A DNA stretch of 64,000 bases from Candidatus Culexmicrobium cathedralense (GTDB lineage: Archaea; Thermoproteota; Methanomethylicia; Culexarchaeales; Culexmicrobiaceae). The translations under genes and the position numbers were made by a program. The stretch covers positions 608,001-672,000 of the forward strand of contig JANZKC010000001.1 of the NCBI GenBank assembly GCA_025061115.1, written 5' to 3'. The notes under the pieces are model-generated. The model saw only the letters and a list, made by a program, of their open reading frames with translations, ran no database searches and was not told the origin of the DNA. Below, one piece after another: positions 41,029 through 51,138 of the stretch; positions within the stretch are counted from its first letter, which is position 1, and the number at the start of each line of letters is the position of its first letter.

Positions 41029-41299
41029 AGAGGAAATTGAAAAGGCAATTGGAAGCATAAGCACCCTAAGAGTCCTAGGAGAAATGGCAAAAAACCCAAC
41101 GAAAACCTACAGCAAATACGCCCTAGCAAAGGGAACAATGCTAAATGAACGAGACGTGGCAAATGCGCTCAAAAAGCTAATAGCAATAGGATGGATTGAA
41201 GAACTAAGCTATGGAAGAATCAAAGCATACAAACTAAACCTAAACAACGAGAAAGTAAAGGCAGCCATGAAGTTCCTAAGGGAAATAGGCTACATATAA
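41018..41299 (+). CDS. Small winged-helix DNA-binding protein
   Basis: GAGGAGG RBS and GTG; SKYALAKGTML...DV..ALKKLI.IGWI...YKLN wHTH pattern; overlaps the cdc6 stop. Confidence 0.75.
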   Translation: MNIREEIEKAIGSISTLRVLGEMAKNPTKTYSKYALAKGTMLNERDVANALKKLIAIGWIEELSYGRIKAYKLNLNNEKVKAAMKFLREIGYI

Positions 41300-41323
41300 G
41301 CAACAGGAAACCACATTTATAGC

Positions 41324-41468
41324 GAAATTAATTGGGTAAGCCCAACAAGAGAAATTCAACTCGAAATATGCTGAAACCTACTTTTCAAAGTTGAAGGCAA
41401 CCCACCCCCTCCCCCCAACCTGACATTCACACTATATAAGCTCCGCAGCCCCTTGATTTCACGGTGAA
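41324..41468. promoter_or_regulatory. radA promoter region with ORB-like boxes and a C-tract
   Basis: TATA CTATATAAG near 41432; TTCAACTCGAAA (+, 41355-66); TTCAACTTTGAAA (-, 41383-95); TTCACCGTGAAATCAAGGGG (-, 41449-68); C-tract 41401-41416. Confidence 0.5.
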
Positions 41469-41470
41469 TT

Positions 41471-42412
41471 ATGGCACATGCACTCGAACTCGTTAGAGGC
41501 ATTGGACCTGCAACTGCAAGCAAGCTTAGGGAAATAGGCATAACAAGCGCTGAAGCCCTAGCAGTAACCCCTCCAAGAACCATCAGCGAAGCCCTAGGCA
41601 TAAGCGAGAAAATGGCAATCCAAATATGCAAAAACGCGAGGGAACTGCTCAACATAACCTTCATCACAGCTGAAGAATACCTGGAAAATCGAATGAAAAT
41701 TGGGAAAATAACAACTGGATGCAACTCCCTCGACCAACTATTGGGAGGGGGAGTTGAAACCGGAGCAGTAACCGAGTTCGTGGGGGAGTTCGGGTCAGGC
41801 AAAACCCAATTAGCCCACCAACTCTCAATCACAGTTCAACTACCCCAAAGCGAAGGAGGACTTGAAGGAGCAACCCTATACATAGACACCGAAGGAACAT
41901 TCAGGCCCGAAAGAATTCTGCAAATAGCCCCCAGATTTGGAATTGATGGAAGGGAAGCCCTAAGGAAGATAGTGTTTGCAAGAGCGTACAACAGTGACCA
42001 CCAAATCCTAATCGTCGAGGAAGCGCCGAAAATCCTGGAAAAGCACAGCGTCAAGCTAATAGTCGTAGACAGCCTAATCAGCCACTTCAGAGGAGAATTC
42101 CCCGGCCGGGAAAACCTAGCCCTAAGGCAGCAGAAGTTGAATAGGCACATCCACCAGCTCCTAGCCCTAGCGGACGCCTACAACCTAGCAGTAATAGTAA
42201 CCAATCAAGTAATGTCGGATCCAGCAACATTCTATGGAAATCCAACCAAGCCAACTGGAGGACACGTGCTAGCCCACTCATGCACCTACAGAATATGGCT
42301 CAGAAAAGCGAAGGGAGGAAAGAGAATAGCAAGAATATTCGACAGCCCAATGCACCCCGAAGGAGAAGCGGTGTTCAAGATAAGCGATGAAGGAATAGTC
42401 GACGCAAAATAG
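41471..42412 (+). CDS. radA: DNA repair and recombination protein RadA
   Basis: N-terminal Hh[53 protein letters not shown] and GGHVLAH motifs. Confidence 0.96.
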   Translation: MAHALELVRGIGPATASKLREIGITSAEALAVTPPRTISEALGISEKMAIQICKNARELLNITFITAEEYLENRMKIGKITTGCNSLDQLLGGGVETGAVTEFVGEFGSGKTQLAHQLSITVQLPQSEGGLEGATLYIDTEGTFRPERILQIAPRFGIDGREALRKIVFARAYNSDHQILIVEEAPKILEKHSVKLIVVDSLISHFRGEFPGRENLALRQQKLNRHIHQLLALADAYNLAVIVTNQVMSDPATFYGNPTKPTGGHVLAHSCTYRIWLRKAKGGKRIARIFDSPMHPEGEAVFKISDEGIVDAK

Positions 42413-42438
42413 CAAGCCTCCAACTTGGAGGCTCCAAA

Positions 42439-43176
42439 ATGGCTGAAGCAAAATTCACCAATGCACTAAAGCTACTTGAAATGCAGGTGGGAGCAAAGGC
42501 TTCAACCGGAATAGATGGGCTTGACAATGCCATGGGGGGAATTGAAGCTGGAAAAAGCTACCTAATATACTCCTCCGCCGGAGAAATGGCGGACCTGCTG
42601 GCGCTCAAAATAGCAGTGAATATGCTCAAGCCAATAAGGCGCGGAGGGCTTGGCGGAGCATCAATAATAATTGCATGCAGCAACTACCGAACGGACAGAA
42701 CCATAGTGGACACCTACCTAGTAAGCGACCTAATGAAAGCTGCAGGCCTAGAGCCGGAAGAATACTTCAACAAAATAGCAATCTCAGGATGCTACAACCT
42801 AGAACAGCTGAAATTAACCGCAAAAATGCTTGAAAAGCAGATTAGGAGAATTAAAGCCAAACTAGTAGCACTGCTCCAGCCAATCAAGCTAATCAAAACC
42901 CTGGAAGACATCAAGAGGCTGAATGGAATTTCATGGAGAATAAAGTGCAGCTGCACCAAGCACAGCGCAATCCTCATAGCAACGGCAAAAGCCTCGAAAG
43001 GCAAGGCTGAAGCAGAAATTCCACTGCCAGCAGGATCATACCTAAAACACCTATTCAACGTAATCATATACCTAAAAAGGTCGAAGAAGCCCGAATACGC
43101 CTACGCCTACATCATAAAGCACCCGCTAAAGCCCAAGGTTAGACGGAGCTTCGAGGTGAAATTATGGGAAGACTAA
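42439..43176 (+). CDS. Catalytically degenerate RecA/RadA-like protein (ImuA-like)
   Basis: STGIDGLD..MGGIE.G retained, but Walker A is replaced by YSSAGEMA and Walker B is lost; GS.LKH...V.I.L...KHP C-terminal RecA-fold pattern. Confidence 0.75.
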   Translation: MAEAKFTNALKLLEMQVGAKASTGIDGLDNAMGGIEAGKSYLIYSSAGEMADLLALKIAVNMLKPIRRGGLGGASIIIACSNYRTDRTIVDTYLVSDLMKAAGLEPEEYFNKIAISGCYNLEQLKLTAKMLEKQIRRIKAKLVALLQPIKLIKTLEDIKRLNGISWRIKCSCTKHSAILIATAKASKGKAEAEIPLPAGSYLKHLFNVIIYLKRSKKPEYAYAYIIKHPLKPKVRRSFEVKLWED

Positions 43177-43469
43177 CAATTTCAATTAGAATGAAGCTTG
43201 AAGCAAAAATCATGGAGCTGGAAAATAAATTCAAAAATGCGCTGATCTCCCTAAAGAGGCGAAGAGCCTTTGACAAAATAGTTGAAGCGTGGAGCCGCGA
43301 ACTCCAAGCAATAAGCTACCTAAACTCGCCAACACTAATGGAGTCAATGCTACTGGTAGCAGCAGTAGATAATAGAAGTGAAATCGAAGAGCTGAAGGAG
43401 AAGGTAAAATGGATAGCCGGTAAAGTTGAGAAGCTTAAGGAAGGATTGAAAGGTGAAAAGCGAAGTTGA
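43164..43469 (+). CDS. Small helical PolB2-associated protein (arCOG07300-like)
   Basis: MGR.T.S.R...F..AL....R.AFD pattern, coiled-coil C-terminus, position directly before polB2. Confidence 0.65.
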   Translation: MGRLTISIRMKLEAKIMELENKFKNALISLKRRRAFDKIVEAWSRELQAISYLNSPTLMESMLLVAAVDNRSEIEELKEKVKWIAGKVEKLKEGLKGEKRS

Positions 43470-45589
43470 AAGGCTACATGATAACGGTGGGCATCCGCGA
43501 CGGCAGCGCATTCATCTGGCTGAAAACTTTAAGCGACAAAGTCGTGAAGATAACTAGAAGCTACAAGCCAGACCTATACGTCAAGCCGACCCGCATGAAT
43601 TTAAGCGAAATATGGAACCTACTTGAAAGAAGCCCCCACATCCACAAGCTAAATCTCGAACTTAAGAAGGTAAACTTCAACTCGAAAAGGAAAATCAAGG
43701 TGATTCACGCCCGCGCTGAAGGAGAGGAAAGCTACAGGATAATTTTAAGGAGGCTATCCGCCCACCCATGCAAACTCTACAACTACGATCTAGCCCACAG
43801 GCAGAAATTAATGTTCGAGCTAAAGGTTCCATGCCTAAACCCAATTGAATACGACAAGCCAAGTGGAGAGTTTAAGGCAATCAACGATGACCTAAACTTG
43901 GAGCCCCCTCCAATAAGCCACCTAAAGCTAGATCTTGAAGTAGCATGCGAGGGGTGGAATCCAAATCCAAAGCGCGATCCAATCAAGCGAATAATCCTAC
44001 AAGCCGAAAACGACCCAATTGTACTGGAGGGAAGTGAAAGTGAAATTCTAACTGAACTTGAAAAGGCAATCAATGAATTCGACCCAGACCTCATAATCAC
44101 ACCCAAAATTGCCGCCAAATACATTAACTGGAGAACCCAAATCAACCAGTTAAATTTAAATCTGGGCAGGGATTCGGCTGGCAGCAATTTGGGAGCAAGC
44201 TATGAGGGAAGAGCAATAATTAATCCAGCCCACTACGAGGAATACGGTCTAGCTGGAATAGCAGAGTTATGCAACTATTCCATGCTTCCACCAGATCTAG
44301 CAGTAAGCTGGCCAGTTGGAAAGCTCGTTGACTCAAGGCAGTGCTACGAAGCAATTAAGAGGAATATGCTGCTCCCACCAGCAAGAAACCCCAACACGGA
44401 CTTCAGATTGCTAAGCCAATTCCATCAAGCCGACCACGGGGGATTAACGCTGAATCCAAAGCCCGGAGTATATGAAAACGTATGCCAACTCGACTTCGAC
44501 TCCCAATACCCCAACATAATAGTCAACTACAACATAAGCTACGAAACAGTGCTCGACACGGGAAAAGTTCTAAGCAAACCAAGGGGATTCCTAGCTGAAA
44601 TAACCGAATACTGGCTAAAGAGAAGACTGCACTTCAAAAGGCAGGCGAAGATGCTTCCGCCGGGAAAACTGAAAACCTATGCAGAGCAGAGGCAGAAGGC
44701 ACTAAAGTCAGTTCTAGTCGTAGTATACGGCTATTCAGGATGCCCATGGAACAGATTCGGCAACGTAAAGTGCTTCGAAGAAATAAACAGAATTTCACGC
44801 AAAATACTAGTGAAGGCACTCAACATCGCTGAGGAATTGGGATTCGAAGTAATCTACGCGGATGTAGACTCAATATACGTGCACAAGCCCAACGCAAACC
44901 TAAGCGACTACGAGCATTTGAGGAGTGAAATTGCAAGCCAAACTGGACTCCCAATATCAATTGAAAACTGGTTTAAATTCATAGCATTCCCACCGCAAAA
45001 ATCAAATCCGAGTCTACCGGCGGTTAAGCGGTACTTCGGCAAACTAATGAACGGCGAAATAGTATTCAAGGGAATTGAAGCCAAACGCTACGACCAGCCA
45101 AAACTCATCAGAGAAGTTCAATTAAAAATGATTGAAGAGTTATTCAAAGCCCAAAGCATACGCGAAGTCAAAGGCAATATCGAGAGGGCTATGAAGGTGC
45201 TGGCAAATGCAGTTAAAGCCCTAAGCGAAGGAAAAATCTCGGCAGAAAAGCTGGTAATCAACAGAATGCTCCACAAACACCCGTTAAAGTACAGGTCGAA
45301 ATTCCCCCACGTAATAGCGGCACTCCAACTAATCCAGCGTGGAGCAAGCATCAAGCCAAGAATGCCAGTAAGCTACATAATCACCAAAGCCAAAAGCAAA
45401 AACCCCTACCTGAAAGTAAATGCAGTAGATCCAGCCAAAGGCAAGTACGACCCGGAAAAATACATTGAAATACTGATAAGCGCAGCAGAAACAATACTCT
45501 CACCCCTAAAAATAAGTAAGGTGCAAATAATCAACTACCTCCAACAGCTCACCCCATTAATTAAGACGCGTAATTACGCGTTAGCCTAA
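43466..45589 (+). CDS. polB2: Family B DNA polymerase, PolB2/Dpo2 group
   Basis: Motif A LDFDSQYPNII, motif B Q.ALK...V..YGY, motif C YADVDS, KRYFG and KGIE; exonuclease domain degenerate. Confidence 0.88.
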   Translation: MKGYMITVGIRDGSAFIWLKTLSDKVVKITRSYKPDLYVKPTRMNLSEIWNLLERSPHIHKLNLELKKVNFNSKRKIKVIHARAEGEESYRIILRRLSAHPCKLYNYDLAHRQKLMFELKVPCLNPIEYDKPSGEFKAINDDLNLEPPPISHLKLDLEVACEGWNPNPKRDPIKRIILQAENDPIVLEGSESEILTELEKAINEFDPDLIITPKIAAKYINWRTQINQLNLNLGRDSAGSNLGASYEGRAIINPAHYEEYGLAGIAELCNYSMLPPDLAVSWPVGKLVDSRQCYEAIKRNMLLPPARNPNTDFRLLSQFHQADHGGLTLNPKPGVYENVCQLDFDSQYPNIIVNYNISYETVLDTGKVLSKPRGFLAEITEYWLKRRLHFKRQAKMLPPGKLKTYAEQRQKALKSVLVVVYGYSGCPWNRFGNVKCFEEINRISRKILVKALNIAEELGFEVIYADVDSIYVHKPNANLSDYEHLRSEIASQTGLPISIENWFKFIAFPPQKSNPSLPAVKRYFGKLMNGEIVFKGIEAKRYDQPKLIREVQLKMIEELFKAQSIREVKGNIERAMKVLANAVKALSEGKISAEKLVINRMLHKHPLKYRSKFPHVIAALQLIQRGASIKPRMPVSYIITKAKSKNPYLKVNAVDPAKGKYDPEKYIEILISAAETILSPLKISKVQIINYLQQLTPLIKTRNYALA
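45566..45581. repeat. Perfect 16-bp palindrome at the polB2 3' end
   Basis: ACGCGTAATTACGCGT equals its own reverse complement. Confidence 0.85.
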
Positions 45590-45735
45590 ACATGAATCGA
45601 AGAGCACAACCCACTAGGCTGCAAATACAAATATTTGGGAAGAAAGTATCGCCCAAAAACTTACAAGCTTTGCAATCATTAAGCGCTTTATAGAGTTCAC
45701 CGCCATAGCTGAGGTAAACTACAAATGCAGATAAA

Positions 45736-45948
45736 TTGGAAGGTAATAAGGTGAAATATTTGGTTAGCAATGAAGGGTCTTTCACGATATTAGTCGAAAA
45801 AGATGAAGACGGATACTATGTAGCTGAGGTGGCTGAATTACCAGGCTGCCACACCCAAGCAAAAAGCATGAAAGAATTAATGAAAAGAATACGTGAAGCA
45901 ATACAGCTCTACATTGAAGAGCAGACTTCTGAGGATAATTCAAAATAG
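45736..45948 (+). CDS. hicB: HicB-family antitoxin (orphan)
   Basis: EKDEDGYYVAEVAELPGCHTQAKS..EL...I.EAI.LY. Confidence 0.88.
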   Translation: MEGNKVKYLVSNEGSFTILVEKDEDGYYVAEVAELPGCHTQAKSMKELMKRIREAIQLYIEEQTSEDNSK

Positions 45949-45996
45949 GCTCCTAGTAGGCAGCCTTAAGTCTTGAACAATTAATATCTACTTCTG

Positions 45997-46779
45997 GTGA
46001 AGCGCATGGACATGCTGGATGCGATCATGAATAGGCGCACAATCCGCAAATTCAAGTCTAAGCCGGTTCCGGAAGAATTAGTGTTGAAGATAGTTGAGGC
46101 TGGGCAGAGAGCTCCAACAGCATGCTCCCTCCAAACCTACACCATAATCTGGGTTAAAGACGAGGAGAAGAGGAAAGCCCTATGTGAAGCCTGTGGAAAG
46201 CAGCAATTCATCCTGGAGGCGCCTGTAACCCTAACCATATGCGCAGACGTGAGGAAGCTAATTGACATCGCCAAAATAGGTGGAAATGTAACTTCACTTG
46301 AAAGAGGCTATGGATATGCAGTAAAGCTATTCGCAATAATAGATGCAGCATTAGCAGCCGAAAACATGGTCATAGCTGCAGAAGCCCTAGGACTAGGCTC
46401 AGTATTCATTGGAGGGGCACTAGCAAACCCAAAGGTCGTGGAAATACTAAACCTACCAAAAGGAGTGCTGCCCATAAGCCTACTATGCATAGGATATCCG
46501 GATGAAAAGCCGCCCGTAAGGCCGAGGCTCCCATTAGAAGCAGCCCTATTCATAGACGAATACAGGCGGCTAAGCAAAGAACAGCTGGAAAAAGCCGTAA
46601 AAATCATGAATGAAAAACTGGCTGAGGAAGGCTACTACACTAAATACTCGAGAAGACCGCCAGAATTCAGATGGATAGACAACGTGAAGAGAAAATTAGC
46701 TATAAACTTGGAGAGGGAGAAAATCATAGTCGAAACCATGAAGAGACAGGGATACCACCCATACGAGCCAATAGAATGA
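45997..46779 (+). CDS. Nitroreductase (NfsA-like)
   Basis: RRTIRKF, APTA..LQ, Q..I.EAP, DAALAAEN..AAEALGLGS.FIG, IGYP and RPRLP motifs. Confidence 0.92.
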   Translation: MKRMDMLDAIMNRRTIRKFKSKPVPEELVLKIVEAGQRAPTACSLQTYTIIWVKDEEKRKALCEACGKQQFILEAPVTLTICADVRKLIDIAKIGGNVTSLERGYGYAVKLFAIIDAALAAENMVIAAEALGLGSVFIGGALANPKVVEILNLPKGVLPISLLCIGYPDEKPPVRPRLPLEAALFIDEYRRLSKEQLEKAVKIMNEKLAEEGYYTKYSRRPPEFRWIDNVKRKLAINLEREKIIVETMKRQGYHPYEPIE

Positions 46780-46849
46780 AAACTTGAAAATTGCAGGAAA
46801 ATGCGCAATCAACTTCCACATAATTATTTTAGTAGTGGAATTCCACTAT

Positions 46850-47310
46850 TCACGCTCTAATTATAGGCCTTAACTCCGCATTCAGCCTTCTAGCCGCCTC
46901 CCAAGCATTCGAGTCTATTAGGCCGCCAATTATGAGGGGTTTAGGCTCTATGCCAGTCACCTTTTCGTAGGGCCTAGCCTTCCTAAAAAGCTCCGCTACA
47001 TCCCCTTTTAATACCCCCGACTTGACCTCGACAAGTATGTGCACCTCATCCCTCACGACAACACCCCATAAACCATTAATGGATATCCATAAACGAAACC
47101 ATCCTCATCCCTGTAAGCCCACCTCTCAACCTTCGCTACGCCCAATATCTCCTCAACAACATACTTCATAGCCTCCCTCAAGGCTTCCTCAGTGATCACA
47201 CCAAAGCGGTGAGCCACAACCAAAATAAGCCTCCCATCCTCCCTAAACTCCTCTTCTACTCTAGCAAACCTCTCTTCCAACCTTAACTGCCTTTTCTCCA
47301 GCCAACCCAT
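46850..47310 (-). pseudogene. Frameshifted DUF3782 / PD-(D/E)xK archaeal coiled-coil nuclease-like gene
   Basis: AHRFGVITEEALREAM...VYGYP then, in another frame, VRDEVHILVEVKS...KAR.YEKVTG; junction near 47060-47090. Confidence 0.7.
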
Positions 47311-47558
47311 GACAATAAATTCACCATAATAAATTATATAGCAGAAGCTTCTCTCAGCACCTCATTCAGGCTTGCTGCTTCACAGGAAACTGCATTACCC
47401 TAGATTCCTCCAGATGGCAATGACCAATGCATCGTTAAAAGCATCTTAGATTGAACAGCAGGAGAGAAGTAATGCTAGACTTTATGGATTATGCTGAAGC
47501 GAACCTTAGGTTTCAAACTTAAAATTTATATACAATTTCCAAATAACTGGACTAATCT

Positions 47559-48881
47559 TTGTTGGGGGTGTCTCCAATCGCTTCATTGAGCCGCAACGTC
47601 ATTATCTTGTGTCTCGTTAACTTTCTAGTTATTCTCGGCTTCGGAGCCTTCAACATCATTAGACCCTACCTCGTACTGGCTTTGAAGGGCGTTTTAACCG
47701 AGCTCCCCGAGGAGGTAGCGAGCATCGATGCTGGTGAAGCTGTTGTCGAAATGGGCTTAATGATGAGTGCTTTCATGGCAACCAGGAGCATCATGTCCAT
47801 TGTCGGCGGATGGATTGGCGATGTCATTGAGAGAAAGAAGCTCATAATTCTCGGCTTATCATTATACGTTGTTGTAGGCTTACTCTATGGCATCGTTCCA
47901 TCGATCAACATACTTATCCTTTTAAGGGCGCTACAGGGTGTGGCTTCAGGCCTCGTCTGGCCCGTTGCTGAAGCACTATTAGCCGACACCGTTCCAAGCG
48001 AGTTTAGGGCTAGAGCCATCTCGATATACGTAATGGCCAGCAATATTGCCAGGATAATAGGTCCAAGCATCGGAGTCGTAGCCTACACTTTTGCAGTCCA
48101 CTTCCTGGGATTCAAAGACCCATTAAACGCCTTCAGAACACCTACAGTTCTAATCTCGATTTTCAGCCTGCCAGCCCTAATCGCATCCCTCACGATCAAG
48201 GGCAATGGCGGAGGCAGAATTAGAAGCGGCGGAGGCCTAAGTCTTAGAGATTACTTTAAGGGTTTCAGCCAGCTGGCTGCTAAGGCTAGGAGAAGTTTAA
48301 TTGTAATCTTCATTAATGGCATTTCAAACGGCATTGCCATGGGCATATTCATGTCCATTGCAACTGTCTACGCGATAGAATACATCGTTAAGGATCCAGC
48401 TTTACTTGGAGGATTAATGACCATAGCTTCCATTGCAGGCTTAATCTCAGCCTACCCTGCAAGCTGGCTGAGCGACAAGATAGGTAGAAAGCCCGTGGTG
48501 ATAGCATCCATGATAATCTCCAGAACCTCGATAATCCTCTACCCATTCACCTGGGACTTCACAACTTTAACATTAATATATATTGCAAGGGTTGCAGCCT
48601 TCAACATTTCAAGGCCCGTCATGCAGGCACTTCAAGCAGACATCACGCCGAAAACGATAATGGGCAGAGTCTTCGGGCTTCAACAAGCCTTCTCAAACAT
48701 AGGAATGTTCGTAGGGCCAATAATTGGAAGCTACCTATACTACGAATACAGAAAAACAACGTTTCTCAACATGCCTGGACTAACATTACCATTCATAATA
48801 AGCGGGCTAATAGGATACATAACGCTAATCCTATTCGCCCTCTTCGTATCAGAGCCAGATAAGAAAAATGAAATTCATTAA
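47559..48881 (+). CDS. MFS transporter
   Basis: About 12 TM helices; G.IGD..ERK and LSDKIGRKP MFS motif A; LRALQG. Confidence 0.92.
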   Translation: MLGVSPIASLSRNVIILCLVNFLVILGFGAFNIIRPYLVLALKGVLTELPEEVASIDAGEAVVEMGLMMSAFMATRSIMSIVGGWIGDVIERKKLIILGLSLYVVVGLLYGIVPSINILILLRALQGVASGLVWPVAEALLADTVPSEFRARAISIYVMASNIARIIGPSIGVVAYTFAVHFLGFKDPLNAFRTPTVLISIFSLPALIASLTIKGNGGGRIRSGGGLSLRDYFKGFSQLAAKARRSLIVIFINGISNGIAMGIFMSIATVYAIEYIVKDPALLGGLMTIASIAGLISAYPASWLSDKIGRKPVVIASMIISRTSIILYPFTWDFTTLTLIYIARVAAFNISRPVMQALQADITPKTIMGRVFGLQQAFSNIGMFVGPIIGSYLYYEYRKTTFLNMPGLTLPFIISGLIGYITLILFALFVSEPDKKNEIH

Positions 48882-48912
48882 GCAGTGCACCCCACAATTA
48901 AGTTGAATACTG

Positions 48913-49782
48913 CTATGACTTGACGCTAGCTATGAGCATTGCAGCCACAATTAAGGACGCCCCAACTATTTGGCCGACAGTCATCAACTCCGAAATTAAG
49001 AGGCGCGCCAACATGGCGGCAAATACGGGCTCAAGCAGGAAGATTACAGCTGCGGCCGCAGCACTAACGTACCTCTGACCAATAACTTGCAGTGTGAAAG
49101 CCCCGTTACCGCACACAAGCGCAAGGTAAGTTATGAGCGCTATTAAATCAAGCCTAAAAGGCCCAAGAGACCCAGCCAACAAGTCAGGCACAATAAAGAA
49201 GGTGGCCGGCAGCATCTCGAATAACGTAAATATTATTGGGTCTTCACGGCAGTACCTACTCACCAAAACCAGCTGGGCAGCCCACATCACAGAGCCAAGC
49301 AGCACGAGCAAGTCGCCAAAATTGAACCCCGTGCTGGGCGCCGTAATCATGTACAGTCCAGCAACTGAAAGCGCCAGCGAGATTCCCAGGTAAGGGCTGT
49401 AGGACCTCCTAATGAGGGCTACGTATAGGTGAACGAAGACCACGCTCAACCCAGTAATGAATGCCGAATTAGATGCCATAGTATACCTCGTCCCCCACCC
49501 CTGAAGCCACAACCCAACCGCGTAAGCGACGCCGGCCATCAAGCCGCCCTTAACAGCCACCCAACTAGGCGGCCCACGCCTGCGGAGGTAGTATATGAGG
49601 TAGGGGGTGAGGCCGACAACGGCAATTAAGCTCCTCAGCCAAGTGTAAGTGTACTCGCTCATCTCGGCAATAACTACCTTAATAACTGGAAAGGATGAGC
49701 CCCACAGCAGAGATGTCAGCGCAATAGCCACTACGCCCTTGAACTTGTCAGTATCCATCCGCGCTCTCCCCAAACCAACCAA
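48913..49782 (-). CDS. EamA/DMT family transporter
   Basis: LWGSSF, SAFIT.L, GDLL.L and I.LLEPVFA motifs; 10 TM helices. Confidence 0.92.
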   Translation of the reverse strand: MVGLGRARMDTDKFKGVVAIALTSLLWGSSFPVIKVVIAEMSEYTYTWLRSLIAVVGLTPYLIYYLRRRGPPSWVAVKGGLMAGVAYAVGLWLQGWGTRYTMASNSAFITGLSVVFVHLYVALIRRSYSPYLGISLALSVAGLYMITAPSTGFNFGDLLVLLGSVMWAAQLVLVSRYCREDPIIFTLFEMLPATFFIVPDLLAGSLGPFRLDLIALITYLALVCGNGAFTLQVIGQRYVSAAAAAVIFLLEPVFAAMLARLLISELMTVGQIVGASLIVAAMLIASVKS

Positions 49783-49987
49783 TTAAGCAATTCCATAATC
49801 CCTAAAAACGTTTACCTGCAACTATTTTGCAGCCGACGCAGTGCATGATGCCCCCAAATTCTCCGCACCTCCAAGCCTTACGTTGCAAACTTCATTGAAG
49901 CGCATTTTAGAAGCATTACAAAATCGGCAGCATTGAGAATTTATTGATGCATAAGGCTTAACTACAATTGGAGCTCAATTCATTTCG

Positions 49988-51043
49988 GTGTTCAAAGTGG
50001 AGGATGAAGTTAAGCTTTTGGCTTCACTCTCAAATGCCTTTGGACCTCCTGGAAGTGAGGATGAAGTACGTGAAATCCTGAGGAGAGAACTTGAAGAGCA
50101 TGCTGATGAGGTTAAGGTGGATAAGCTTGGAAACATATTCTTCCACCACCATGGAAGGGAGGAGTATCCGAGAATAATGATTACGGCGCACATGGATGAA
50201 GTAGCCTACTTGATAACAAACATAGATGAAAACGGATTCCTACGCTTCCACACGCTTGGAGGAATAGTGAGCGGAATAATGCCGGGACAAAGAATACTGC
50301 TGAGAGGAGATAAGGGCTATGTCAGAGGAATTATTGGGACGAAGCCGCCGCACCTCATGAAGCCGGAGGAGAGGGAGAAGGTAATACCGATGGAAGACCT
50401 ATTCATAGACATTGGAGCTGGAAGCAGAAAAGAAGTTGAGGAAAAGGGGATAACCATCGGAAGCACGGGCGTATTTGACGTAGAATTCACGGAGCTAGGA
50501 GGAGGATACCTAATGGGGAAAGCCTTCGACGACAGAGCCGGGTGCACGGTGCTAGTAAAAGTATTCAAGGCATTAAAGGATACGCCATACAACCTAATTG
50601 CCGTAGGAACGGTCCAGGAGGAAGTGGGTTTAAGAGGAGCAAGAACAGCGGCATGGCAGGCATATCCCGACTACGCACTAGCACTGGAAGGAACCTTCGC
50701 CAACGACATACCCGGCGTAAGGGAGGATAGAGTAGCTGCCAAGCTGAAAAGCGGGCCAGTAATAACCATAGTAGATAGAGCAACCATAACACACCCCAAA
50801 ATCCTAAAAACCCTAGTAAGCGTAGCAAAGCAGAAGAACATTCCATTCCAATTCAAGAAGATACCAGCAGGAGGAACAGATGCAGGAGCAATACACCTAA
50901 CAAAGGCAGGAGTGCCAAGCGGAACAGTAGCAGTGCCATGCAGATACATACATGGCCCAGCAGCAATAACCCACATCCAAGACCTAAAGAACACGATTAA
51001 GCTGGTAGAGGAATTCATAAAGGCAATGTCGCAGCAAAAGTAG
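49988..51043 (+). CDS. M42 (TET) aminopeptidase
   Basis: AHMDE, KAFDDRAG, VQEEVGLRGA, GGTDAG and RYIH motifs. Confidence 0.95.
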   Translation: MFKVEDEVKLLASLSNAFGPPGSEDEVREILRRELEEHADEVKVDKLGNIFFHHHGREEYPRIMITAHMDEVAYLITNIDENGFLRFHTLGGIVSGIMPGQRILLRGDKGYVRGIIGTKPPHLMKPEEREKVIPMEDLFIDIGAGSRKEVEEKGITIGSTGVFDVEFTELGGGYLMGKAFDDRAGCTVLVKVFKALKDTPYNLIAVGTVQEEVGLRGARTAAWQAYPDYALALEGTFANDIPGVREDRVAAKLKSGPVITIVDRATITHPKILKTLVSVAKQKNIPFQFKKIPAGGTDAGAIHLTKAGVPSGTVAVPCRYIHGPAAITHIQDLKNTIKLVEEFIKAMSQQK

Positions 51044-51138
51044 CATAAACGACATTTCGACCACCAACTTTAGATGCAAATGGCAGCAGGAATGTAAATT
51101 GAGGTCAAAGCTCAGCAGCTACAGCACAGTTAATTTGG

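Noticed and set aside
43466-45589. Casposon, pipolin or viral PolB element
   Set aside because: No cas1, integrase, terminal repeats or protein-priming insertions; the context matches cellular PolB2
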